From Spirochaetia bacterium (GTDB taxonomy: Bacteria; Spirochaetota; Spirochaetia; CAKZLE01): a stretch of DNA of 64,000 nt. The first letter of the stretch is position 1; every line of letters starts with the position of its first letter. Both the position numbers and the translations under genes were made by a program. Below, in pieces: positions 10,404 through 21,010 of the stretch. The stretch lies in NCBI GenBank assembly GCA_963677595.1, contig OY782041.1, positions 64,001 through 128,000 on the forward strand, given 5' to 3'. The notes beneath the pieces were generated by a model. That model worked only from the letters and a program-made list of their open reading frames with translations, was not told the origin of the DNA and did no database searches.

Positions 10404-10462
10404 TACACTTTTATCTTGTAATAAGTGTATCTTTTTAACATTTTTTACTTGTATAAAGTGTA
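10404..10462. promoter_or_regulatory. Two tandem 26-bp inverted-repeat sites upstream of the DUF4143 ATPase
   Basis: TACACTT-N12-AAGTGTA (10404-10429) and AACATTT-N12-AAGTGTA (10437-10462). Confidence 0.55.
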
Positions 10463-10508
10463 CAGATATAACATAATTACCATGAAATTAGTGTTTAGGA
10501 GAAGTACA

Positions 10509-11816
10509 GTGAGACGGATACTGCTGAAAGAACTTCTGGAATGGAAGGCCCTGCCCCATAGGAAACCGCTGCTCATCGATGGTGCAAGACAGGTGGGGAA
10601 GTCATACCTGATTGAAGAACTCTTCGGGAAAGCTCATTTCGAGCATGTCTATACGTTCGATTTCAGGGAGGATAAGGAGCTTGCTGCAGCATTCGGCAGT
10701 TCACTCAATCCAGATTCCATTATCAGGTTACTCCAGCTGAAGATACAGAAAAAGATCGATCCCGAGCATGACCTGATCTTCTTCGATGAGATCGGGGAAT
10801 GCCAGCAGGCCCTGGACTCCCTTAAGTACTTTGCGGAGAAGAAACCTCATATGTATGTGTGTGCCTCCGGATCCAATATGGGCTTGATCACTTCGTTCCC
10901 GGTAGGGAAGACCCATGACCTTGAGCTGTTCCCAATGAACTTCCGTGAGTTCCTGTGGGCTTCGGGGAATGAACTGCTCTTGGAGGAGTTTGACAGGATG
11001 AGTACCGGACCGGTAATCCATGCTGCATTATGGAGCCTCCTGCTTGATTATTTCTTTACCGGGGGACTGCCTGAAGCAGTTACGGCATGGTTCTCATACA
11101 CAGATATCATTGACAGGACAAAAGCGGTAACAGCAGTTCACAGGAGGCTTCTGCAGGGCTATCTCCGAGACTTCGGGAAATACAGCGGCAAGGAGAACGC
11201 CCTCCACATAGAGCAGGTATTCATGAATGCTCCCCAGCAGCTGCAGAGCGTACGGGATGGGTCAGTCAGGCGGTATGAGTTCAAACAGGCAATACCCGGG
11301 AAGAAACGGTACCTGCAGCTGCGGGGTCCGGTTGACTGGCTGGAAAGATCCAGGCTGTTATCAAAGAACTATATCATTGATTCCCAGCCAAGAACCCCCT
11401 TGCGGACACTCACGAGAGAGAACATATTCAAACTCTATTTCTTCGATATCGGGCTGCTGCACCACATACTCGAGATGAGCTACCAGGAGATCCTTTCAGG
11501 GGAGATCTCCTATAAAGGATTCGCAGCCGAGAACTTCATCCAGAATGAACTGCTGGTCAAGCATAGATATCCAACCTATTCGTGGTCTGAACGCACATCT
11601 GAGATCGAGTTCATCCTCAAGGATACACAGGGAGCATTAGTCCCCCTGGAGGTGAAGAGCGGAAACAGGACCAGGGCAAAGAGCCTGTCTGTATATAGGG
11701 ATAAGTACCATCCCGAGCGATCGGTAAAACTGACAGGGAAAGAGAGTGCTTCATTCGGGAAGCATGCAGTCCTGCCCCTCTATTATATCGACCATATCAA
11801 CAGGTTGCTTGAGTGA
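10509..11816 (+). CDS. AAA_14 ATPase with DUF4143 domain
   Basis: GARQVGKS Walker A, IFFDEI Walker B, FKLYFFDIGLL, EIEFI...PLEVKSG nuclease-like tail. GTG start after AGGAG. Confidence 0.9.
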   Translation: MRRILLKELLEWKALPHRKPLLIDGARQVGKSYLIEELFGKAHFEHVYTFDFREDKELAAAFGSSLNPDSIIRLLQLKIQKKIDPEHDLIFFDEIGECQQALDSLKYFAEKKPHMYVCASGSNMGLITSFPVGKTHDLELFPMNFREFLWASGNELLLEEFDRMSTGPVIHAALWSLLLDYFFTGGLPEAVTAWFSYTDIIDRTKAVTAVHRRLLQGYLRDFGKYSGKENALHIEQVFMNAPQQLQSVRDGSVRRYEFKQAIPGKKRYLQLRGPVDWLERSRLLSKNYIIDSQPRTPLRTLTRENIFKLYFFDIGLLHHILEMSYQEILSGEISYKGFAAENFIQNELLVKHRYPTYSWSERTSEIEFILKDTQGALVPLEVKSGNRTRAKSLSVYRDKYHPERSVKLTGKESASFGKHAVLPLYYIDHINRLLE

Positions 11817-11950
11817 TATCAATTCTGTAATGCAGAAAATCATCTTGTTCTTATCATAAGTAATGGAGAATTCAAGAATAGAGATTGCGTGTTAATCATC
11901 CCAAATGGCTGGTTGACCACGCATGTGAAGCGTCCATAAGTTCCAAACCC

Positions 11951-13357
11951 TTAATACACAATTTCAAACCCGAAGAACCGGGAGGCATTCCCAAAGCAGA
12001 TATCTTCTACCATGGAACCGATAAGTGAGAAATCACTTGGGAGTAGTCCTCTTTTCATATCTTTCCCAAGAATATTGCAGAGAACCCTCCTGAAGTACTC
12101 ATGCCTCGTATAGGACAGAAAGGAACGGCTGTCAGTGAGCATCCCAACGAATCGCCGCAGCAGCCCAAGCTGTGACAGGGCTTCAATATGTCTTTCTATA
12201 CCATCTTTCTGGTCCATGAACCACCAACCGCTCCCAAGCTGGATCTTTCCTGCAGTACTCCCATCCTGGAAATTCCCAATCATAGCTGCCATCATCTCGT
12301 TGTCTCTCGGATTCAAGTTATACAGGATCATCTTTGGCAGGTTCCCATCATCATCAAGCCTATCAAGATATCGGGAGAGAGGGTGTGCTATATTCCGATC
12401 ATCGATCGAGTCAAATCCCAGATCCCCGCCGAGCTGCCGGAACATACGTGAGTTGGTATTCCTTAGAGCCCCGATATGAAGCTGTTTCGTCCAGCCTCTC
12501 GCTGCATCCATCCTACCAAATTCCAGCATGAGGGCGAACTTGAATTTTTCAGCCTTTCCAGGAGCAGGTGCCGCCCCGTCGTAGGCTTTCCTGAAGATCG
12601 CCCGGATTTCTGAATCAGTGAAATCCGGGGCTGACCATCCCTCCAGGCTGTGATCGGAAAGACGACAACCTACATTATGAAAGAATTCATGACGGATCTG
12701 CAGGGCAGTGACAAGATTATCGTAGGTACATATCTCCATATCGGCTGCCTGTTCAAGGTCCCTGAGATAGTCACCCCAACCAGGCTTCTCAATAGCGAGT
12801 ATTCTATCCGGACGCCATGTGGGAAACATCTGGATCCCGAAAGGATCCTGCTGTATCCTCTTATGGTGTTCCAAGCTGTCAATGGGGTCATCAGTGGTAC
12901 AGATCAGGACTACATTGCTGTCACACATCAACTGTCTGGCAGACATACTCCTGTTCAATATTTCACCGGTCCTATCCCAGACCTCATCCGCTGTCTCCCC
13001 GGATAATAACAGGTCATCGATATCAAAATACCTAGCAAGCTCCAGATGGCACCAGTGGTACATGGGATTCTTCAGAAGATACGGCATGGTCTCAGCGAAT
13101 TTCTGGAATTTATCCCGGTCCGGTGCATCTCCGGTACAGTACCTCTCAGGAATACCATTACTCCGCATGGCACGCCATTTGTAGTGATCGCCGCTGAGCC
13201 ACAGCTGAGTGATATTCTCCCAGGTTCGGTCATTGGATACATCAGCAGGGTCCAGATGACAGTGGTAATCTATGATCGGCTGGCTTTCAGCAAAGTCATG
13301 ATACAGTCTTGATGCATATCTGTTCTCCAGAAGAAACTCACTGTTAATAAAGGGCAT
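11951..13357 (-). CDS. uxaC: Uronate (glucuronate) isomerase
   Basis: IIDYHCHL, GDHYKWRAMR, GSGWWFMD, GMLTDSRSFLSYTRHEYFRR. Confidence 0.97.
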   Translation of the reverse strand: MPFINSEFLLENRYASRLYHDFAESQPIIDYHCHLDPADVSNDRTWENITQLWLSGDHYKWRAMRSNGIPERYCTGDAPDRDKFQKFAETMPYLLKNPMYHWCHLELARYFDIDDLLLSGETADEVWDRTGEILNRSMSARQLMCDSNVVLICTTDDPIDSLEHHKRIQQDPFGIQMFPTWRPDRILAIEKPGWGDYLRDLEQAADMEICTYDNLVTALQIRHEFFHNVGCRLSDHSLEGWSAPDFTDSEIRAIFRKAYDGAAPAPGKAEKFKFALMLEFGRMDAARGWTKQLHIGALRNTNSRMFRQLGGDLGFDSIDDRNIAHPLSRYLDRLDDDGNLPKMILYNLNPRDNEMMAAMIGNFQDGSTAGKIQLGSGWWFMDQKDGIERHIEALSQLGLLRRFVGMLTDSRSFLSYTRHEYFRRVLCNILGKDMKRGLLPSDFSLIGSMVEDICFGNASRFFGFEIVY

Positions 13358-13409
13358 GGGCACTCTCCTTCCTGCAATCTGGCAGCTGTCAGGAATTCTG
13401 CTTGACAAC

Positions 13410-14645
13410 TCAGTCCTGGAAGATCTCCAGCAACTCAGGGAATGAACGTAATATCCCCAGCTCCAATCCCCGTAATTCAGCCAGGCCCCGTAGTCTGCCA
13501 ATCGCAGTATACCCTGGATTATCAGCAGCAGGCTTCTCGAGGTCATCCATCATAGTATGCCCATGGTCAGGTCTGAAGGCTAGACGCCAGTCTGAACGAC
13601 CTGCCTCCTTTCGCCTGGCCATCTCCTTCAAGAGTTCCCGGATGACTTCGTACATGTCAACGGATCCTTCAAGATGGTTGGCTTCGTAGAAACTACCGTC
13701 GGGATTCTTTTGTGTACTTCGCAGATGGGCCACATGGATCCGACTCCCGAACTCCCTGATCATCTCGGGCAGATCATTATCAAGAATGGCACTGTAGCTC
13801 CCCGTACAGAAACAGAGCCCGTTTGCCTGGTCATTTTCCATAGCCAGGATATCGCGGATATCCTCTGCACAACTGACGATACGAGGCAGCCCCATAATGC
13901 TCCATGGGGGATCGTCTGGATGCACCGCCATTCTCACTCCGGCCTCTGAAGCTGCAGGAATGACAGCTTCGAGGAACAGCCTGTAATGCTCCTTCAGGGT
14001 CTCCTTATCGATATCCCGGTACTTCGCCAGCATGTCTCTGATATCCTGGATACCCAGCCCCATCTTGGTCCCTGGAAATACATCGATCAAGCCTCTCTCA
14101 AAGGATTCTCTCTCTGCATCGTTCAAGGAATTGAAGAATATCTCAGCCTGTTTCAACTGTTCAGGAGTATAACTCTTTTCGGCCCCTTCCCGCTGAAGGA
14201 GGTATATCTCGAATGCAGCAAACTGGACAGGATCGTAGTAAAGGCACTCGGTGCCGTCTTCCAAGGTATGTCTCAGGTCTGTCCTGACCCAGTCGAGTAC
14301 CGGCATGAAGTTATAGATGACAACCTCGATCCCAGCAGCCCCCAGGTTCTTCAGGCTAGTTATATAATGTTCGATATATTCCTCGTAACGGCCTGTCCTG
14401 GTCTTTATATCTTCATGGACAGGGACTGACTCTACGGCAGCCCAGCGTAATCCCTTGTCCTCGATCATTCTCTTTCGTTCCATGATGGCATCCAACGGCC
14501 ATGGCTCGCCGTATGGAATCTGGTGCAGACTCGTAATGACAGCTTCTGCCCCTGTCATCCTGATGAAATCCAACTTAACCGAGTCCGTTGGACCGTACCA
14601 CCTGAAGGCTTCTTCCATGATATTAGAGACGCATCCAGTCTTCAT
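13410..14645 (-). CDS. uxuA: Mannonate dehydratase
   Basis: FRWYGP, VESVPVHEDIK, YNFMPVLDW, HPDDPP, RPDHGH, NPGYTAIGRL. Confidence 0.97.
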   Translation of the reverse strand: MKTGCVSNIMEEAFRWYGPTDSVKLDFIRMTGAEAVITSLHQIPYGEPWPLDAIMERKRMIEDKGLRWAAVESVPVHEDIKTRTGRYEEYIEHYITSLKNLGAAGIEVVIYNFMPVLDWVRTDLRHTLEDGTECLYYDPVQFAAFEIYLLQREGAEKSYTPEQLKQAEIFFNSLNDAERESFERGLIDVFPGTKMGLGIQDIRDMLAKYRDIDKETLKEHYRLFLEAVIPAASEAGVRMAVHPDDPPWSIMGLPRIVSCAEDIRDILAMENDQANGLCFCTGSYSAILDNDLPEMIREFGSRIHVAHLRSTQKNPDGSFYEANHLEGSVDMYEVIRELLKEMARRKEAGRSDWRLAFRPDHGHTMMDDLEKPAADNPGYTAIGRLRGLAELRGLELGILRSFPELLEIFQD

Positions 14646-14648
14646 AAC

Positions 14649-15494
14649 TCACACTCCCGAATAAGCGGAGAATCCCCCGTCAACCGGCACAACAATTCCA
14701 TTGACGAACCCGGAAGCTTCGTGGTCCACCAGCCAGTACAGGGTCCCCAGTAGTTCCTCTGGCTTCCCGAATCGCCCCATGGGGGTATTGTTCAGAATCT
14801 TTACAGCCCGTTCGGTAAAAGTCCCATCCTCGTTCAGCAGCAATGCCCTGTTCTGGTTGGTCTGAAAGAACCCTGGTGCCATGGCATTGACCCGGATCCC
14901 AACCTTTGCCATATGCACCGCCAGCCATTGGGTAAAATTGCTGACAGCAGCTTTCGCACCGCTGTAAGCCGGAATTTTGGTCAGTGGGGTAAATGCATTC
15001 ATAGATGATATATTGACGATGCAGCACCCTTCCTTGCCTACCATGGATTTCGTGAACACCTGGGACGGCAGCAGCGTCCCGAGAAAGTTCAGGTCGAACA
15101 CGAATCTGATTCCCTGCTCGTCCAAGTCATAGAATGTCTTCAAATCATCCTGTCCAAGATCCTCTGGAAGCAGAAATTCATTGTCTGTCGTTCCTTTGGG
15201 ATGATTCCCTCCCGCTCCGTTGAGCAGGATCGAACACTCCCCTAGTTCCTTCCGTACAATAGCTGCGGCCTTTTCCAGGCTCTCCTTCTCCAGCACATTC
15301 GCTTTGATACCTATAGCGGTATGCCCTATACTGCAAATATGATCAGCAACTCTTTTTGCAGCCTCTTCGTCCAGGTCCAGGACTGCAACGGAGGCGCCGG
15401 CTCTCGCCAGTGCCTCGGCAAATGCCGCACAGAGGACTCCTCCGCCTCCTGTTACAACTGCGACTTTCCCCTTTAAATCTGGTAAATGTGACAT
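14649..15494 (-). CDS. uxuB: SDR-family D-mannonate/fructuronate oxidoreductase
   Basis: TGGGGVL, NGAGGNHP, LTKIPAYSGAKAA, VDGGFSAYSGV; adjacent to uxuA. Confidence 0.88.
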   Translation of the reverse strand: MSHLPDLKGKVAVVTGGGGVLCAAFAEALARAGASVAVLDLDEEAAKRVADHICSIGHTAIGIKANVLEKESLEKAAAIVRKELGECSILLNGAGGNHPKGTTDNEFLLPEDLGQDDLKTFYDLDEQGIRFVFDLNFLGTLLPSQVFTKSMVGKEGCCIVNISSMNAFTPLTKIPAYSGAKAAVSNFTQWLAVHMAKVGIRVNAMAPGFFQTNQNRALLLNEDGTFTERAVKILNNTPMGRFGKPEELLGTLYWLVDHEASGFVNGIVVPVDGGFSAYSGV

Positions 15495-15606
15495 ATTCAG
15501 TATTTCTCCTATTATTCAGATACATATTCAGTATTTACATGATGTATTCATCCTGAAACTATATTCATATCAGGAGAATCTGTAGAGTATCCCTGCTACT
15601 ATATGC

Positions 15607-16701
15607 TCAGACACTTCTGAAGCTTCCGACAGAAAGAATCCCCTCAGTATTCTGGAAGTGCTTGTCTATAAAACTCAGATACAGTTCCCAGTCAGTGATA
15701 CGGCAGCTATGTTCACCAGTGCGATTATGATAAGCGATCCAACCATCAGGATTTACCGTTGTATCCAGGGTGATTTCTGACCCTGAGCTGATCCCCAGCT
15801 TCTCATATAAGGCATAAACGGACGATGCCAGAACAACTGATTCGAATTCTTTGTAAGGGTCAGCCCATGTATCCTCGGAAGAGCTTGACACATATAATGG
15901 ACGCGGGGCTATACATGCCAACAACATATGCTGATCCACTGGCAGAGCATCTTCCTGATCAGCGTAATCTGCATATTTCCTGCACATCCAATGGGGAAAG
16001 CTACGTGTAATATCCGCGATTTGCTCACCGGTCTTCCCCCTGGTCATAGCGGCTCCTGAACAGCCGGAACTGCTTGATATGACCAGATCGACACGGGGAT
16101 CCTGAGCCGCACACCATAGAGCCGACTTCCCGCCACGGGAAAACCCGCTTACCGCAATACGTCTATCACTGAAATAATCAATGACACGACTAGCTGCCCA
16201 TGCCCAGACCCCTATTGCTCCCCAGGTGCTGCTTCCTTCCTTTGACTGTGTGACTTCATAAATCCCTTTTTGATAGAGGTCCGGATCATCGAGACAGGCT
16301 TCATCCACCTGCGCACACACAGCAGTATACCCTTGCCGTGTTATAATATCGATGGGAAACTGGTTATAGTTGCGATCCTGAGAATGTGGTATAGATGGAT
16401 TGTGCGTGAACGGATCGATCATCAGGATCACCGGCCCTCCCGGAGTGAGGGGATTGTTGAAGACCCGTGAGCGAAAAGATGTTTCCAGGTTATTGGCGCT
16501 GATTCTCGTTGTCAAGAGAGACTCTTCAATGCCATCTCCTTGGTCCCGGTTAATTCGTACCAGAGTATGGTCTACCTGCAAGCATTCAACCGAGGGAGTA
16601 TATCCATATACATGTTCCTGAAAAAGATCTAATATCTTAATCCTCCGCTCTGTCTCCCAAGCATAGAATCCGGTCCCATATCCGAATATTTCAGGAATCA
16701 T
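15607..16701 (-). CDS. CE15-like glucuronoyl esterase / alpha-beta hydrolase
   Basis: WGAIGVWAWAASR, GFSRGGK nucleophile motif, SGCSGA, LPVDQHMLLACIAPRP, DTWADP. Confidence 0.85.
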   Translation of the reverse strand: MIPEIFGYGTGFYAWETERRIKILDLFQEHVYGYTPSVECLQVDHTLVRINRDQGDGIEESLLTTRISANNLETSFRSRVFNNPLTPGGPVILMIDPFTHNPSIPHSQDRNYNQFPIDIITRQGYTAVCAQVDEACLDDPDLYQKGIYEVTQSKEGSSTWGAIGVWAWAASRVIDYFSDRRIAVSGFSRGGKSALWCAAQDPRVDLVISSSSGCSGAAMTRGKTGEQIADITRSFPHWMCRKYADYADQEDALPVDQHMLLACIAPRPLYVSSSSEDTWADPYKEFESVVLASSVYALYEKLGISSGSEITLDTTVNPDGWIAYHNRTGEHSCRITDWELYLSFIDKHFQNTEGILSVGSFRSV

Positions 16702-19196
16702 AGGGAGTTCTCCTTTCCATCATACCCCACCAGATCATGTATCCTATAGTCCAATTCAATCTCTAGAGAAGCTTCATTCATCATTCGGATGCATGTCAGC
16801 CCTTTGGTGATATCGTACCAAAAGGCTTTCATACAAGTTCTGAACTCACGTTCATATTGACAGCATACAGACTCTTCACGATTGATTGTAACATTTTTAG
16901 GGGCATATGACCGTCCGGAACACATGATATCGATCTGCTTGACAGGGTCTGGGAATGATCCTGTTTTTGAGATATGGATCTTGACCGTATCCCCATCGAT
17001 CTCTGTGCTGATCTCAGTTTCCAGGAACTCTCCATGCTGATACCGATTGGAAACCCCATCATCCAGATACATCGTGAAAGCTCCGGCTTCAGAACATTCA
17101 ATTAACAGTGAGAGGGTCTCGATATCTGTCGACAGTCGTCTACCGGGTTTGATGATGGGAATGATACACCCCTGCCGGTAGAAAATTGGGATGTCTTCCA
17201 GCCCAACTTCCAATTGCACCTGCTCATATTGATTCTTTACATGGTATACCTTATGAGTATTCCAGTCATGCCAGACACAGGGCCCCGGCAGCAATACCTG
17301 CCGCGTAACGGCACCCTCTTCCACAACATTCGCAATAAGAAGATACGGCCCAAAGAGGAAATCGAAGCTATTATCCAGGTACGCATCATGCCTCTCAAAC
17401 TCATAGATCATTGGCCTCATAACCGGGTCTCCTTCGATCGAGGCGATCCTGAATAGAGAATACAGGTAAAGGGCCAGTGAATACCGAAGGTCGAATGCCT
17501 GCCTGATGAGATCATTATAGGCACCATAATTGTTCGGATTTGTGACAGTGTTATCTTCATTGCATGAATGAATACAGAATCGGGGATGAAACACTCCATG
17601 CTGGACCCACCGGACAAACAGTTCCGGATTTGGTGCCGGCCCCATGAACCCTCCGATATCCGATCCTGCATTTGCTATCCCCGACAACCCCAGTCCCAGC
17701 AGGATCGGTATCCCGAATTTGAGACTATGCCAGCTTGTGTAATTATCACCGGTCCATGTCTGAGCATACCTCTGTATGCCTGCATACCCAGCACGGCTAA
17801 GGACAAACGGCCTCATATTGGAATTATGGCTTCTGAGAGCATCGATCGTTGTCTTTGCCATCAGATTCGCCTGAAGAGATTTCAGATCCTTTGCAGGGAA
17901 CTCACCTCCGCCATACTCGATTACGGCATCATCATTAGCTATTTCATATTCATTGTTATCGTTCCAGAAATAGTGTATTCCCAGAGAGATGAGAGATTGG
18001 CCAAGATACCGTTTCCACATGGATCGCCCTGCCGGACTGGCAAAATTCACCAAGGAAGCATCTCCTCCCCAGAATCGCTCAGTGATCGGTGTATTCAATC
18101 GCCCGTCTTCGATAAAGGCACCCGCCTCCCTGAACTCTTCATATAGCGGATGATCGGTGAGAAGTGCCGGTTTCACATTTGGGGACAAGAAAATCTGATG
18201 CTCTCTTAGCCAGGAAACAAACGCTTCAGGATCGGGGAAACGTTGACTATTCCATTGAAAAACATAGCGTTTCCCATTCAGAGCGGTATACCCGCTGGAC
18301 ATATGGAAAGCGTCCAGGGGGAACCTGTCCTCATCAAGAGACTGTAAAAATCGCTGGATACCGGAATCTGATCGTTCTTTCAGTTCCGTGTAGTACATAG
18401 TCGATGCAAGGTAGCCGAGACTCTTGTAGATTGGCAAACGGGTTTTCCCAGTGATATCAGTGAACTTCCTTACGACCTGTCGAATACTGTCGCCGTGGAT
18501 GAAATAATAATCTAATTGCCCCCCGAAAGTTTTGAACTCGATCTTCTTCCCCCAGTATCCGCTTCGCTCACAATCAACATCCAATTCAGATTCGCAAGTC
18601 ACGTCATAGAAGATACCCGATGAAATATCCTGTTCCGGGTCTCGCAGGATCAGGAACGGGATATGTTTATATAATGGATCTGAATTCTCACTGTCATACC
18701 CGATGGCATCATTGGTCGATAATCTGAAACGACGATGATCCTTATTTAGCAAGCCGGACTTATCCCCCAGCCCATAAAATCCCCGATACCCGAGCTTCAT
18801 GAACGTATGATAACGAACATCATTCTTGTCGATATAATATGATCGTTTTGGTATATCCTGATGCAGAACACGGGCTGTATGGTCCAAGATCTTCAAGCTG
18901 AAATCGCATGTATCAATAACGATGATCAGATCGGAACTGGTAAGCGTTATCAACCCGGATTCTTCGGAAACCTGGAACGGTAACTCATCCACGATGATGA
19001 TCTCATCGTCCAGATATGCTGCATGATCTGTTCTCTCAGTGCGAAGGATAGCCCCTTTTATATGATTGTCGAAATCTGCCTCCTTGAAAGCATATTCGAT
19101 CCGGACGATCCCCTCCTGGAGGAAGGTGATACGGCATTGGTCATCCAATCTTCTGAAGTAAATGCCGTTTTTTATGTTACAATACGAAAATTCCAT
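16698..19196 (-). CDS. Glycoside hydrolase family 31, Aec37-like subgroup
   Basis: DPLYKHIPF, FHMSSGYT...RYVFQWN, nucleophile WNDNNE, WTGDN, DIGGF...PELFVRW. Confidence 0.9.
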   Translation of the reverse strand: MEFSYCNIKNGIYFRRLDDQCRITFLQEGIVRIEYAFKEADFDNHIKGAILRTERTDHAAYLDDEIIIVDELPFQVSEESGLITLTSSDLIIVIDTCDFSLKILDHTARVLHQDIPKRSYYIDKNDVRYHTFMKLGYRGFYGLGDKSGLLNKDHRRFRLSTNDAIGYDSENSDPLYKHIPFLILRDPEQDISSGIFYDVTCESELDVDCERSGYWGKKIEFKTFGGQLDYYFIHGDSIRQVVRKFTDITGKTRLPIYKSLGYLASTMYYTELKERSDSGIQRFLQSLDEDRFPLDAFHMSSGYTALNGKRYVFQWNSQRFPDPEAFVSWLREHQIFLSPNVKPALLTDHPLYEEFREAGAFIEDGRLNTPITERFWGGDASLVNFASPAGRSMWKRYLGQSLISLGIHYFWNDNNEYEIANDDAVIEYGGGEFPAKDLKSLQANLMAKTTIDALRSHNSNMRPFVLSRAGYAGIQRYAQTWTGDNYTSWHSLKFGIPILLGLGLSGIANAGSDIGGFMGPAPNPELFVRWVQHGVFHPRFCIHSCNEDNTVTNPNNYGAYNDLIRQAFDLRYSLALYLYSLFRIASIEGDPVMRPMIYEFERHDAYLDNSFDFLFGPYLLIANVVEEGAVTRQVLLPGPCVWHDWNTHKVYHVKNQYEQVQLEVGLEDIPIFYRQGCIIPIIKPGRRLSTDIETLSLLIECSEAGAFTMYLDDGVSNRYQHGEFLETEISTEIDGDTVKIHISKTGSFPDPVKQIDIMCSGRSYAPKNVTINREESVCCQYEREFRTCMKAFWYDITKGLTCIRMMNEASLEIELDYRIHDLVGYDGKENSL

Positions 19197-19206
19197 ACAC
19201 TTTCCC

Positions 19207-20022
19207 CTAACCCTTGAGGCCTGAAGTCACAATCCCCTTGATGAACGTCCTCTGGAACACAAGGAATACAATGAGTACAGGAATCATCGTTATGACAGAC
19301 ATTGCCAGCAGACTGTTCCAGTCAACCGTGAACTCCCCTGAGTAGTTTGCCAGTGCCAGCTGAAGAGTATAACGTTTCGTGCTTCTTACAACCAATAGCG
19401 GCCAAAGATAGTCGTTCCATCGCCACAGGAAGGAAAAAATAGCCAAAGCACTCATAACTGGTTTCGCGATCGGCAGCATGATCCGTACGAAGATCACACT
19501 CTCCCTGGCTCCGTCGATCCTGGCAGCTGACATCAGTTCATTTGGGACACCCTTGAAGAACTGCCGAACAAGGAACACTCCTGCAGGGGTTGCCGCAGGC
19601 GGGATAATCAAGCCAAGGAAGCTGTTGTACATCCCGAAGAACTTAACTACCTGGAAGATAGGGATCATCACGACCTCTAAAGGTATCATCAGAGTTGACA
19701 AGAACAGTAAAAACAGAAAGTTGTTTCCCCGAAACTGGTACTTTGCAAACACATATCCAGCCATGGTGTTGATGATCACCGTAAGGAGTGTGGACATCGA
19801 AGCCACCATGAAGCTGTTATAGAACGTCTGGAAAAAATTTGTAGAGGACAAGACTGTCGTGTAGTTTGACAAGACGGGGTTAACAGGGAATATCGTCGGA
19901 GGCCATCGGAACAGTTCCGATCCCCCTTTAAATGAAGACATAGTGACCCATAGTATTGGAAAGAGGAAAATGATACTTATAAGGACGGACAACAGAATGA
20001 CAATTTTATTATGCGTTTTCAT
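19207..20022 (-). CDS. Carbohydrate ABC transporter permease (MalG type)
   Basis: ELMSAARIDGA, WNDYLWPL. Start ATG 20022. Confidence 0.92.
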   Translation of the reverse strand: MKTHNKIVILLSVLISIIFLFPILWVTMSSFKGGSELFRWPPTIFPVNPVLSNYTTVLSSTNFFQTFYNSFMVASMSTLLTVIINTMAGYVFAKYQFRGNNFLFLLFLSTLMIPLEVVMIPIFQVVKFFGMYNSFLGLIIPPAATPAGVFLVRQFFKGVPNELMSAARIDGARESVIFVRIMLPIAKPVMSALAIFSFLWRWNDYLWPLLVVRSTKRYTLQLALANYSGEFTVDWNSLLAMSVITMIPVLIVFLVFQRTFIKGIVTSGLKG

Positions 20023-20902
20023 CGTTTTGTCCCTCTTTGTTGAGATAGAATTGTATGATTGTGAAGCCTGCCATAAGAAGGAACATGACAACCGATAAGG
20101 CACTTGCATAGCCCATATCTAATTCCTGGAATGCCCGTTCGTAAACATATTGGACACCGAACTTCGTAGCGGTCCCGGGTCCGCCCTCAGTCAGGGCAAT
20201 AATGAGCCCATATGCCTTGAAGAGGTCGATCAAGCCGAGGATCATGACAAGGAATGTTGTCGGCCGCAATTGAGGCAGGGTTATGCGAAAGAACGTTTGG
20301 ATTGGAGTCGCCCCATCAACCCTGGCTGACTCAAACGTCGACATCGGAATGCTCTGTAGCCCCGTTATATAGGCTATCATGTAAAAACCGGATCTCGACC
20401 ATACTGTAGCCATGGAAACGACTAGCAGTGCTGTGAATTTGTTTGTCAGCCACTCGACCCTCCCAAGGTGTAATAGCTCCAGAAAGTAGTTTATGATCCC
20501 TGCATTGTCTCCAAAGATGAATCGAAACGAAATCCCGACGACTATGTAGGAGATCATTGAAGGCCAGTAGAAAATTGCCCGAAATACACTTTGTCCTTTG
20601 ACATCCTGAGTCATCAATACGGCAAGGAGCAAAGGGACCATCATGATGAATGGCAACGAGAGCGTGATATAATATAGATTCCGCAGGATCGCCGTCCAGA
20701 ATTTCCCATCATGAAACAGACGGATGAAATTCTCCATTCCAATAAATGACATAGCCCCTAAACCACTCCAGTCAGTCAAGGCATAAAAAAAGCCAAAACC
20801 CGCTGGAATGATAACGAATGCTACAAAAATAAAAAAATTCGGCAGTATCATGATATAAGGGAAGAATCTTCTTTCCAGTGATACATTCCTAGTTTTCTTC
20901 AT
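20009..20902 (-). CDS. Carbohydrate ABC transporter permease (MalF type)
   Basis: FESARVDGA...FFRITLP, MGYASA. Start ATG 20902. Confidence 0.92.
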   Translation of the reverse strand: MKKTRNVSLERRFFPYIMILPNFFIFVAFVIIPAGFGFFYALTDWSGLGAMSFIGMENFIRLFHDGKFWTAILRNLYYITLSLPFIMMVPLLLAVLMTQDVKGQSVFRAIFYWPSMISYIVVGISFRFIFGDNAGIINYFLELLHLGRVEWLTNKFTALLVVSMATVWSRSGFYMIAYITGLQSIPMSTFESARVDGATPIQTFFRITLPQLRPTTFLVMILGLIDLFKAYGLIIALTEGGPGTATKFGVQYVYERAFQELDMGYASALSVVMFLLMAGFTIIQFYLNKEGQNDENA

Positions 20903-21010
20903 GTAATTCTTCTTCCTTAAAAAAATTTGAGTCTGTGCAGAACCCGCTGATAACAAAAGCCTATATGACAAATCCTGCACCAGACTCAGTATAACCCGGT
21001 ATACCGTGTT

